Shown here piece after piece: positions 52,007 to 64,000 of a stretch of 64,000 nucleotides of DNA. This DNA comes from Squalus acanthias. Taxonomy: Eukaryota. Location of the stretch: assembly GCA_030390025.1 (NCBI GenBank), contig CM059432.1, forward strand, positions 114,764,001-114,828,000, written 5' to 3'. Below the pieces are notes generated by a model. That model was not told the origin of the DNA. It was given only the letters and a program-made list of their open reading frames with translations, and did not search any database. Position 1 is the first letter of the stretch; each line of letters opens with the position of its first letter. Position numbers and translations under genes: made by a program.

Positions 52007-53042
52007 GTTACAACCTCAAAACACTCGAACAGATTTGTCAAACATGATTTCCCTTTCATAAATCCGTGTTGACTCTGCCCAGTCATCATAGTATGATTTT
52101 TTAAGTGCCCTATTACCACGTCCCAAATAATAGATTCTAGCATTTCCCTACTACTGATGTCAGGCTAGCGAGCCTATAGTTCCCTGTTTTCTCTCTCCCT
52201 CCTTTCTTGAATAGCAGGGTTACATTTGCTACCTTCCAATCCATGTGGACGGTTCTAAAATCTAGGGAATTTTGGAAGAACCAAACCAATGCATCCACTA
52301 TCTCTGTAGCCACCTCTTTTTAAACCTTAGGATGTAGACCATCAGGTCCAGGGGATTTGTCGGCTTGTAGTCCCATTAGTTTCTCAAGTACTTAATATTA
52401 ATTACTTTGAGTTCCTCCGTCTTATTAGCCCCTTGGTTCGCCACTATTTTTGGTATGCTTTTTGTGTCTTCTACTGTGAAGACAGATTCAAAATATTTGT
52501 TAAAAGTCTCTGCCATTTCCTTATTCCCCATTATAATTTGTCAACTTTTAGTCCCATTAATTTCTCCAGTACTATTTCTTTACTAATAATAATTTCTTTA
52601 AGTTCCTCATTCTCATGAGACCCTTGGTTCACCAGTTTCCGAAATGTTTTTGTGTCTTCTTCCATGAAGGCTGATACGAAGTATTTGTGTAATGTCTCTG
52701 CTATTTCCTTATTCCCCATTATAATTTCTCCTGTCTCTGCCTGTAAGGGACCCATGTTTACTTTCAATAAGCTCTTCCTTTTTACATACCTATAGAAGCT
52801 TTTACAATCTGTTTTTATGTCTCTTGCTAGTTTACTCTCATATTCTATTTTCTCTCTCTTTATCAATGTCTTGTTCATCCATTGCTGAATTCTAAAATCC
52901 TCCCAATCCTCAGGCTTACTACTCTTTTTGGCAACATTATACGCCTCTTCCTTTAAGCTAATGCCATCTTTAACATTTCTTGTTGGCCACAGTTGGACCA
53001 CTATTCCCATGGGGTTTTTATTCCTTAAAGGAATGTATATTT

Positions 53043-56000
53043 ATAGAATCATAGAAATTTACGGCACAGAAGGAGGCCATTCAGCCCATCGTGTCTGTGC
53101 CGACCAAAAAAGAGCTATCCAGCCAAATCCCACTTTCCAGTTCTTGGTCCGTAGCCCTGTAGGCTACGGCACTTCAAGTGCATATCCAAGTACTTTTTAA
53201 ATGCGATGAGGGTTTCTGCCTCTACCACCCTTTCAAGCAGTGAGTTCCAGACCCCCACCAGCCTCTAGGTGAAAAAAGTTCTCAACTCCCCTCTAATCCT
53301 TCAACCAATTACTTTAAATCTATTCCCCCTGGTTATTGACCTCTCTGTTAAGAAAAATAGGTCTTTCCTATCCACTCTATCTAAGCCCCTCATAATTTTA
53401 TACACCTCAATTAAGTCTCCACTCAGCCTCCTCTGTTCCAAAGAAAACAACCCCAGCCTATCCAATCTTTCCGCATAGTTAAAATTCTCCAGTCCTGGCA
53501 ACATCCTCGTAAGTCTCCTCTGTACCCTCTTTAGTGAAATTACAGTTTTCCTGTAATGTGGTGACCAGAACTGTACGCAGTTCTCCAGTAGTGGCCTAAA
53601 TAGTGTTCTATACAGTTCAAGCATAGCCTCTCTGCTCTTATATTCTGTGCCTTGGCTAATAAAGAAAAGTATCCCGTATGCCTTCTTAACCACCTTATCT
53701 ACCTGTCCTGCTACATTCAGGGATCTGTGGACATGCACGCCAAGGTCCCTCTGTTCTTCTACACTTCTCAGTATCCTACCATTTATTGTATATTCCTTTG
53801 CCTTGTTAGCCCTCCCCAAATGCATTACCTCACACTTCTCCGGACTGAATTCCATTTGCCACTTTTCTGCCCACCTGACCAGTCCACTGATATCTTCCTG
53901 CAGTCTACAGCTATCTTGCTCACTATCAACCACACGGCCATTTTTTGTATCATCTGCAAACTTCCTATTTATGCCCCCTATATTGAAGTCTAAATCATTG
54001 ATATATACCACAAAAAGCAAGGGACCTAGTACGGAGCCCTGTAGAACCCTAGTGGAAACAGCCTTCCAGTCACAAAAACACACGTCGACCATTACCCTTT
54101 GCTTCCTGCCACTGAGGCAATTTTGGATCCAACTTCCCACTTTCCCTTGGATCCCATTGGCTTTTACTTTTCTGACCAGTCTGCCATGTGGGACCTTGTC
54201 AAAAGCCTTGTTAAAATCCATGTCGACTGCATCAAACGCGCTACCCTCATTGACCCTCCTCGTTACCTCCTCAAAAAATTCAATCAAGTTAGTCAGACAT
54301 GACCTTCCACTAACAAATCCATGCTGATTGTCCTTAATTAATCTGTGCCTTTCTAAATGACGATTAATACTGTCCCTCAGAATTTTTTCCAATAATTTGC
54401 CCACCACTGAGGTTAGGCTGACTGGCCTGTAAAATTACTCGGTCGATCCCTTTCTCCCTTTTTAAACAACAGTACAACATTAGCAGTCCTCCAGTCCTCC
54501 GACACCACACCTGAAGCTAGAGAGAATTGGAAAATGATGGTCAGAGCCTCTGCTATTTCCTCCCTTGCTTCTCTTAACAGCCTGGGATACATTTCATCCG
54601 GGCCTGGCGATTTATTTACTTTCAACGATGCTAAAGGTCTTAATATTTCCTCTCTCACTATGTTTACCATCTAATATTTCACACTCCTCCTCAACTACAA
54701 TGTCTGCATCGTCCCTCTCTTTTGTGAAGACAGGCGCAAAGTATTCATTAAGAACCATACCCACGTCTTCCCCCTCCACACACAAGCTTCCTTTTTAGTC
54801 TCTAATAGGCCCTACTCTTTCCTTAGTTATCCACTTGCTCTTTATGAACTTATAAAACATCTTTGGGTTTTCCTTGATTTTACTTGCCAATATTTTTTCA
54901 TGCCCTCTCTTTGCTTTCCTAATTTCCTTTTTAATTTCACCCGTGCACTTTCTATGCTCTAGGCTTTCTGCAGTATTTAGCTCTTGGTATCTGACATAAG
55001 CTTCCCTTTTTTGCCTTATCCTACCCTGTATGCCCCTTGACATCCAGGGGGCTCTAGATTTGGGAGTCCCACCCTTTTCCTTTGTGGGAACATATTTGCT
55101 CTGAACCCCCAGAGTTCCTCCCACTGCTCTGACACTGATTTTCTTTAAATTAGCTGTTTCCAGTCCACTTTTGCTAAATTACATCTCAGCTTAATAAAAT
55201 TGTCTTTCCCCAATGGAGAAGTTTTACTCCTGGTCTATCTTTGTCCTTTTTAAATTTAACTGAATTATGATCACTACCACCAAAATGCTCTCCCACTGAT
55301 ACCCCTTCCACCTACCCAACTTCATTCCCTAAAACTAATTCCAGAACAGCCCCTACTCTTGTTGGACTTGCTGCGTACTGGCTAAAAAAGTTCTCCTGAC
55401 TGCATTTTAAGAACTCTGCGCCCTCTATACCTTTTACACTGATTCTATTCCAGTTAATATTAGGGTAGTTGAAATCCCCTACTAGTACTGCCCTGTTGTT
55501 TTTGCAGTTATCAGAAATTTCCCTACATATTTGCTCTTCTATCTCCCTCTGATTATTTGGGGGTCTGCAGTACACTCCCAGCAGTGTGATTGCCCCTTTT
55601 TTGTTCTTCAGTTCAACCCATATGGTCTCATGGCCTCATTTAATGATCCATCGAACATATCATCCCTCCTCACAACTGTAATTGCTTCTTTAACCAATAT
55701 TGCGACCCCCCTTATTGTCCCCCTCTCTATCTCGTCTGAAAACCTGGTAACCAGGAATGTTGAGCTGCCATTCCTGCCCTTCTTTCAGCCATGATTCAGT
55801 AATAGTTATGATATCAGACTTCCACGTGTTTATCAGTGCCCTCAGCTCATCTGCCTTAGTCACTAGACTCCTTGCATTGAAGTATATACCATTAAGCACT
55901 GCCAAACCCCTTTGTTGTCTATTTTCTAGCCTTTGTTTCCTCTGCCTTCCAAACACGCTCACTAATTTTCTGCCTTCCATTTCCAGCTTTGCTTCTCTTC

Positions 56001-56215
56001 CTTCTGAATCTACGCTCAGGTTCCTATCCCTCTGCCAAGCCATTTTAAACGCTCCCCAACAGCACTAGCAAACCCCCTCGCGAGGATATTGGCCCTGGCT
56101 TGTACAGGTCCCACCTCCCCCAGAACCGATCCCAATGCCTCAGGATTCCAAAGCCCTCCCTCCTTCACCATCTCTCCAGCCTCGCATTCATCTGCTTATC
56201 CTCCTATTTTTGTAC
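53043..56215 (-). mobile_element. CR1 (CTATGA-tail subfamily) with ORF2 and the end of ORF1, nested in another CR1
   Basis: ORFs 53301-54407 (FADD), 55312-55575 (GDFN), 55690-56043 (YFNARS, ITESW); tail ATAGAATCATAG at 53043. Confidence 0.88.
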
Positions 56216-57871
56216 TTGTTGCGAATTATTAATTATTTCCTTAAATGTTTGCCATTGCTTATCTACTGGCATATCTTTTAATCTAGTTTCCCAATCTATT
56301 TTAGCCAACTCGCCCCTCATACCTACATAGTTTGCTTTGTTTAGTTTTAAGACCCTAGTTTTGGATTTAACTAAATCACTCTAAACTCAATATAAAATTC
56401 TATCATATTATGATCACTCTTCTCCAGAGGCTCCTTTACTACAAGGTTATTAATTAACCCTGTCTTATTGCACAATACTAGATCTAAAATAGCCTGTTCC
56501 CTAGTTGGTTCCTCGACATACTCATCTAGAAAACTATGTTGAATGCATTCCATGAACTCGTCCTCCACACTATTACTGCAAATTTGGTTTGCCCAGTCTA
56601 TATGAAGATTGAAATCCCCCATGACTACTCTATTATCCTTGTTACATGCACCTTAATTTCCTGATTTATACTCTGCCCGACACTACAACTACTGTTAGGG
56701 GGCCTATAAGCTACTCCCATCGGTGTTTTCTGCCTATTGTTTTTCCTTAGCTCCACCCAAACTGATCCTACATCCGAGCTAGGATCCTTTCTCGCTACTG
56801 TCTTTATCCCATCCTTTATTATCAGGGCTACCCCCCTCCTTTTCTATTTTGCCTATCTCTTCTCAAAGTTGTGCCCTACTCCCCTCCCATGATTGCCAGT
56901 CCTCTGCAACATAGCTCCTCCAACTCTTCATTGTCCAGATGCAGTAGCAAAATTGGTGAATAGACTTCCCTTTCTTAGGAAAATATCGGTCCAATAAAAC
57001 ATAGTAAACTACTCCCCCTAGCCATCCACAATAGGGAAATCCACCCTTGGGGGGCAGGAGAGCTGCACCCCACTCCACTGAGGTAGTTTCTCAATCATTG
57101 CTCACTCTCCCCATCCCCCTCAGCCATTCACCCTTCTTTGCCAATCTCTTACCCCAACCTCCTCCTCGTCTTTCTCCTCTCGCTTCTCACTTCCTCTCTC
57201 CTCTAACCCCTCCCGTCCATCTCACCATCTCCCTCCTTCACTTCCCATCTTCCTCATTTCCCCCCACCACCCCCACCCACCGGGTCCAGTTATTCCCCTG
57301 CCCTCTAACCCTGTTTGACCTGAACACTGCACTGCCTGTGCGCAACGCCACAGCTGATCGACTAGTAATATATTAAATTTGTTCCTTTGTCCCAAAAGCC
57401 TTATTTGGAAATCACCATTCCATTCATGCCTCCAGGTGGCACCTCAATAGAATTTATCATTATTTGGTCATCAGCTATTAGCTGCCATGGACCCCTGTCA
57501 TTCCTGCAACTGAACCGCTCCCATTAATAAAGCTTCAAAAGCTCCAGTTCTCTTTATCTAAAGCAGCATTGTTCAGGCAAGTTCCGAGACATCACAGCCA
57601 GAGGATATAACCAACCTTATAGTCTCCTTGCCTTCATAGACCAATCAGGTAACTTTAACTCAAAAACTCCCCTCTACAGTTAATTTCTGTTACTTTTCTT
57701 TTTTTAAATATATAAATATTTCCAAAATTGGGGCTCTTGGGCTGACCCAACCCCCAGCCCCGCCTAAAGCACCTCCTAACTGCTGACTGACACAGTCTTC
57801 CCTGCTGGCCATTTACCCTCTTCCTACTCAAAAATTGACTTTTTTTAATGTCCCCTTGTCTTAGAGTCATA

Positions 57872-58764
57872 GGGGTAAAAATTCACTTGGTTGTGCCACC
57901 CGTTAGCGCCTTAAGAGGGCGCTAATGGGGCGCAAAGCCGCTAACGCCCGGGCGCAGCGATGTTTGCGCCGCTCGAGAACTTAACTTGAGATTGTGCGGC
58001 GGCGCTAAAACTTACCGCTGCGACCACCTGCGCGCGCAGATTGTGACGTCATTCCATGGTGCAACGCCCTTGGGGCGCCCCGCAGCGGAAATTGAGTGGC
58101 GCCCCCTGCCTTACCGCCTGGCGCTTCCAACGACCAGAAGACTGGAACGCTATCAATCGCTTTGGGGCTGGGGGGGGCGCTATTTAAAGGGGGCCTCTTC
58201 CTGTCTTTTATTGTTGGTGGCATTTTTGAACTACGCATTCTGAGAGAGAGAGGGAGAGACTTCTGGAGAGATTCAACGTTGTGTGAAGGAGTTTTGGGTA
58301 CTGAGCAGCACTTTGCAGGTTCATTTTGATTTGCCATTCCTTGTATCGATTTAGCAGAGACCGTGGGAGCTGCACTCTGAGCTCTTTGCCTGGTGCTCTC
58401 CATTGTTCTTTCCAGCACATTTGATGTGCAAGTCTCTCCAGGCCGAGATTCAAGGCAGCAATGAACAGGATGTGGATGGAAAGCAAGATTAACCATCCCC
58501 TTTAAGAACTGGCCCGTGCCATTGTGTGTGTGTTCCATTGCTGACTGACATTACATGAGCTTCGCCAGCGCTCCGAGTTAGCGCCTCACTGCTCGGCCTT
58601 TGCGCCTTAAGAGAGGTGTGCAGCGCCTGCTTTAGCGCTCCACTCACCTCCCGGGGCGGTAAAAGTGAAGTTTCCTGTCAGTGCCGATAATTAGCACCAG
58701 GCGCTAATATTTGCGTCCGGACGATATTTGCGCCCCAAATGGGGCGCGACCTAATTTCTACCCC
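57872..58764. mobile_element. GC-rich non-autonomous DNA transposon with Harbinger-like ends
   Basis: TIR GGGGTAAAAATT / AATTTCTACCCC; dense TTAGCGCC/GGCGCTAA subterminal motifs; flanks ATA/TAC, so only TA is shared. Confidence 0.75.
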
Positions 58765-59973
58765 TACAAATCCCAATCTGGAGGCAGTCAATAAGGTCCA
58801 CCTGAGAGCACAAAATTCAGCTTCCTGAGCCTGTTCCTGAAAATCACATTTTCGTGCAATTAGACTCTTTGATTTTTAATTCTAGTTGAAGAAAATAAAC
58901 CTTTTTAACAGGGTTAAAAAAGCAATAAAGGCTAGAAATTACAGTTGGTGATAATATTGGACAAATTGCTTAATATAATCAAATGACATTCCTTTGCACT
59001 TTGTGTTGTCCCGAGGGTGTGATAAAGAACTACGTAAATGCAAGTTCTTTCTTGTAAGTTGTAAAGGTTATGGTTACAATATTACACAGGTAGAAGAAGC
59101 TTAGTAATATAGTGGTTAAGATGATCATTTTATATCCATGGGGTTAATGGTTCTAGATCCTGCCTGCCTGGTCCTTGAAACTGCCAATCAGACATTTAAT
59201 GGACGTCAACAATTTATTGCCTGAGGCAGTTAGGTAAGGGGAAGGATGGCCCATGGAACAACTCAAGAAGAGGAAATATATTTCATGTCTGTCAATAAAC
59301 TCTGACAAACAGAACACACAGCAAAATTGATGACTGCATTCACAGGCCATATCAGCCCTATTCTTTAGGCTGAAGTACATAGAGGGAACAGTCATTTAGG
59401 ATAGAGGCTATGTATTTATAATGCATATTTTATTCACTATATATTCTTTCAATTATATCTTTGTATGAACGCATAGTTTACATGAGGTTATTCCCCTGGA
59501 ATTTTGTACTTCAGACATCACATATTGATTGATATTGCAGACCCATTCCTTTTCAGAGCTGGTGGCCTCCTCACTTATGCAGTTAGCTAACTAAGTTATA
59601 TTGCTGGTAACATTTTATGAAATGAGGAGGAAAAAAAAGTATTTTACATATAATAAACTGATGTGTATGGGATCCCAAAGCTCAATTTGAGCTTATCTGA
59701 GCATAGTGGTCTGAAACAAACTCTGAATCCCATACACATGTGTAGCTGACAGGTCCACAGACATTATCTATCTTATATTTAATTTAAATTACAAAAACAA
59801 CCAATTTATCGGGCCCTCTGTGAAACACTTCGTAATAAAAGATTATACTGTCCATTTGTGAGTCATGCAATCTCACTGGTAATACTATAAGCACAAGATT
59901 TTCCACATCCGCAGTTACTTTATCAAGTACCCAACTAGTAGAGGATAGCACTTCACTAAGATTGGCAGAACAG

Positions 59974-61420
59974 ACATAAGAACATAAGAAACAAGAGCAG
60001 GAGTAGGCCAATCGGCCCCTCGAGCTTGCTCCGCCATTCAATAAGATCATGGCTGATCCAATCTTCGCCTCAACACCACATTCCCGCTCTCTCCCTTTAC
60101 CCCTTGACTCCCTTGTAGTTCAAGTGTCTATCAATCTCCGCCTTGAATATATTCAATGACTCCGCCTCCACAGCTCTCTGGGGTAGAGAATTCCAAAGAT
60201 TCACGACCCTCTGAGAGAAGAAATTCCTCCTCATCTCCGTCCTAAATGGGCGACCTCTTATTCTGAAACTATGCCACCTAGTTCTAGATAGGGGAAACAT
60301 CCTCTCAGCATCCACCCTGTCAATCCCCCTCAGAATCTTGTATGTTTCAATAAGATCACCTCTCATTCTTCTAAACTCCAATGAGTATAGGCCCAACCTG
60401 CTCAACCTTTCGTCATACGTCAACCCCTTCATCCCAGGAATCAACCTAGTGAACCTTCTCTGCACTGCCTCCAATGCAAGTATATCCTTCCTTAAATATG
60501 GAGACCAAAACTGTACGCAGTACTCCAGGTGCGGTCTCACCAGCGCCCTGCAAAGTTGCATCAAAATTTCCCTACTTTTATACTCCATCCCCGTTGCAAT
60601 AAAGGCCAACATTCCATTAGCCTTCCTAATTACTTGCTGTACCTGCATGCTAACTTTTTGTGTTTCATGTACTAGGACCCGCAGATCCCTTTGTACCGCA
60701 GCATTTTGTAGTCTCCCTCCATTTAAATAATAATTTGCTTTTTCATTCTTCCTTCCAAAGTTGATAACCTCATATTTTCCCAAATTATACTCCATCTGCC
60801 AAATTTTTGCCCACTCACTTAACCTATCTATATACCTTTGCAGACTCTTTGTGTCCTCCTCACAATTTGCTAACCCACCTATCTTTGTATCATCAGCAAA
60901 TTTGGCTACAGTACACGCGGTCCCTTCATCCAAGTCATTAATATAGATTGTAAATAGTTGAGGCCCCAGCACTGATCCCTGTGGCACCCCACTAGTTACT
61001 GATTGCCAACCGGAAAATTACCCATTTATCCCGACTCTCTGTTTTCTGTTAGTTAGCCAATCCCCTATCCATGCCAATATATTACCTCCAACCCCGTGCG
61101 CTCTTATCTTGTGCAGTAACCTTTTATGTGGCACCTTATCGAATGCCTTCTGGAAATCCAAATACACTACATCTACTGGTTCCCCTTTATCCACCCTGTT
61201 AGTTACATCCTCAAAGAACTCTATAGCACATTTGTCAAACACAATTTCCCTTTCATAAAACCATGTTGACTCTGCTTGATGGTCTTACGATTTTCTAAAT
61301 GTCCTGCTATTACCTCCTTAATAATGGATTCCAGCATTTTCCCAATGACAGATGTTAGGCTAACTGGCCTATAGTTTCCTGCTTTCTGTCTCCCTCCTTT
61401 CTTGAATAGTGTCGTTACAT
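59974..61420 (-). mobile_element. 5'-truncated CR1
   Basis: RT ORFs 60097-60987 and 61018-61242; (CATAAGAA)n tail. Confidence 0.9.
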
Positions 61421-62258
61421 TTCAGAAAGTCAAGAAAGTCTTAAATTCCAACAATATGGAGGCAGGATATAGAGGGCCAATTCATCAGCCAGCACGAGAA
61501 AGGCTGTGGATGAGTTTGCCAGGCAAGTGCAGGCTTCAAGCATGGAGACTGCTGTACCAACTTTTAATTCAAAACGAGAAATGGAAGTGTGCAAGAGTCT
61601 CAGATTGTATCTGAGATTATCTAGGTCCCAAAGTTCCTGGAGGATAAATAAGGCTATGAATCTAGCTGATCTGTTAACATCTCATGCCTTTTATATCTGG
61701 CTGGGTCTTTATCTGCATTAAACATTTCTCAACTTGGAAGATCTGAGAGAGGAACTGAAGTAGGGAATCAATGTACTGTACCTTGATGTTATACCAGCAA
61801 TCTGAAACTGGATTGATGGTACAACTAAAATTAATTCATCATCAAATTTTAAGTATAATAGCTGAATAAGTGAAATGTACACTTTAATTTCTGTTTTTAT
61901 CAAGAGGAATAATTATACTTTAGTGGCTCTCCTGAGGCATTGAAAACGGAGGGTTAAGACCAAATATAGGCGGGAATTTTCCCTCCCTGGGCGGGTCCGG
62001 TGCGGGCGGCCGTCATGGCGGGTCGTGACTCTGTTGCTCCATCCCGCTCTACAGAATGACTTTGCGCTAATGCGGCCTATTAAGCCCACCCAATGCGTTA
62101 CCCGGCCCAGTTAAATGGTGCGGGTCTGGTGACGTCATCGATGACGCGTCTTCAGCCAGGATATTTAAAGGGGCCATGGCCACATTACATTTGAAGATTC
62201 ATCTAGGAGTGTGCAGGTAGCACACTGAAGGATTTCATTGCATCAAACAGTTGGAGAG

Positions 62259-64000
62259 ATGGCTGCACAGAGGCAGAGGGCTGTAACCAGGTTCTCTGAT
62301 GACTCCCTCCATATGCTTGTGGAGGGTGTCACAGCACACTGGGAGGTCCTGTTCCCTTCTAATGGGCGCAAGAGACCTCCCCAGCAGACAAAAGGAGCCT
62401 GGCTCCAAATAGCAGAGGAGGTGAATAGCAGGAATCTCGTCAGGAGGACCTGGGTGCAGTGCCGCAAACACTTCAACGATCTCGTTAGATCAGGAAAGAT
62501 GAATACAAAGCCACACTCACCTTCACCCTCCCGTCCACCCATTCCTCTCTCTCTATCTACATTAACACATCCCCATCTTACTAACCACCCCTCACACTCA
62601 CCCTCATCCTAATGCAATCATGCCAACTAACAACACACAAGGAGGCCACTTGGAATTGCCACCCCACTCCATCATAGTCACCCTCTAAAGATGTAACCCA
62701 TTCCTTACACTCATTTCATCACTCTCACTCAACTTTCTCTTCTTTCCCTCCTTGTAGGAAAAGAGAGCACACAATAAGGAGAGAACTGGCGGTGGACCCC
62801 CATCAATGGCCATCCTGACCATAGCAGAAGAGGCTGCGTTAGAGCTGGCAGGGGTCACCAAGCACCTGGAGGTGGGAGACGGAGAGAGGGGGACATCTCA
62901 GCAACCTGGTGACAGAATTACATATCATACAGCTACGTGGCATACATCAGTCACTCATATGGGAGCTGATAAGAACATAAGAAATAGGAGCAGGAGTAGG
63001 CCATTCGGCCCTTCGAGCCTACTCCGTCATTCAATGAGATCATGGCTGATCTTCTACCTCAACTCCATTCACTGGCCCTATATGTCAGCAGCCACTGAAT
63101 GGTCATTATGTGCATAATGGTTTCTGTACACAATCTACATATGACATATCTAACTCATCTCTTTACTCTCCCACAGGTCCATCATGAGCCCCCACCACTA
63201 TCCAGGCGCAAGAGGAAGACGACTCCTCAAAGGAGGCTCCAGCCTCTGAGAGCGCACCATCACCAGACAGAAGCACACCCAGCACCAGCGGAGATTCTCA
63301 CACCTCGGTGGGTCCTTCGCGAGACAGAATAGTGTTGTCACCTGGTGTGTCACAAATCACAACCAAGCAACAGCAGAAGGTGGAGACAGGGACAGCAATG
63401 GAGACTCCTCGTCAGAGGGCGCAGGACTCTCCCAGCTCTGCTCAGCTGCACGCAGACACTGAGCCTCGGGGGCCATCCAGAAAGAGGGCGATCCTGGAGC
63501 TGCAGGAACAAGTGCAGGAGGCTCTGACAGGTTTTGCGAGCGCGATGACTGCCAGTGTTAAGAGAATGGAGGAGTCCATCTCCAACATGAACACCACCGT
63601 GTCACAGGCGATGGCGATGTAGGCTCTTCCATGGATAGGATGGCCACCAGCATGGAGCAGCTAATGCGCCACTCAGAGGAGCACATGCTACCTATGCAGA
63701 ATAGATGGCTATCTATGGAGGACAGATGGCTATCTATAGACAATAGATGGGTATCTATGGAGAATAGATGGCAGAGGCTCATAGACGTCCTCTCGAGGAG
63801 GGATGTCAGTATAGATGTGGGTCCTCATGTCCCCACTGCTGTGCAGCAAGGTGCTCTCCAGCTCCTTGCTAGCAGGGAAGTACGGTTGGCCAATGAGAGG
63901 GATGATGGTGAGAGGAGACATGGAAGTGGGTGCTCCACTCAAAGCGCTCACACTTCTCCCCCCCCGTTGCCACCCCCTCAGTCAGAGCCCCAGATGGCCA
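62259..64000 (+). pseudogene. Harbinger Myb/SANT-like gene, exons 62259-62498, 62758-62908, 63177->64000
   Basis: MAAQRQRAVTRFSDDSLHMLVEGV...AWLQIAEEVNS...WVQCRKHFNDLVRSGK; first donor reads ATGAAT instead of GTGAGT; frameshifts in exons 2-3; shares ERDDGER.HGSG with the 11317-13142 gene. Confidence 0.85.
62969..63070 (-). mobile_element. CR1 3' tail fragment inside intron 2 of the Harbinger Myb gene
   Basis: ATAAGAACATAAGAAATAGGAGCAGGAGTAGGCC. Confidence 0.85.

Larger units (their letters stand above)
51693..56865 (-). mobile_element. Decayed CR1 ORF2 segment hosting a hAT MITE and another CR1
   Basis: ORFs 51919-52143, 52531-53010 and 56371-56622; sequence rejoins across 53043-56215. Confidence 0.82.
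61969..64000. mobile_element. Second Harbinger element, Myb-gene end, running off the window
   Basis: Terminus GGCGGGAATTTT, GGCGGG subterminal motifs, Myb/SANT gene inside. Confidence 0.82.

Noticed and set aside
53647..54327. 226-aa plus-strand ORF (and similar ones at 43658-44305, 35961-36353, 34148-34570)
   Set aside because: Antisense shadow frames of CR1 coding sequence
63690..63780. CRISPR-like array
   Set aside because: Contiguous 21-bp units without spacers in eukaryotic DNA; a coding minisatellite

Overview
Vertebrate genomic DNA. The repeat landscape (CR1 and L2 LINEs, Deu-type SINE, Harbinger/PIF elements) points to a cartilaginous fish such as a shark; this is an inference. The only host gene I can support is RIMS2 (presynaptic RIM2) on the minus strand. 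It contributes one exon leading into the PDZ domain (2595-2714) and two frame-exclusive alternative exons (3630-3838, 3947-4014). I found no further exon, so the remaining ~60 kb is read as one large intron packed with nested transposons. These include a complete but decayed two-gene Harbinger (DDE transposase plus spliced Myb/SANT gene, 8969-13435), a second Harbinger running off the window end, at least six Harbinger-type non-autonomous elements with non-canonical 3-bp TSDs, two full-length and many truncated CR1 LINEs, a Vingi-like LINE relic, a solo LTR and a 150-bp hAT MITE. The most unusual item is a single-ORF endonuclease+RT LINE with a tRNA-like (Pol III A/B box) head and few T4 runs (30926-38828). 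No intact novel protein-coding system is evident; nearly all ORF-track entries are TE fragments, antisense shadows or junction chimeras. All family assignments are from motif recognition, not database searches.
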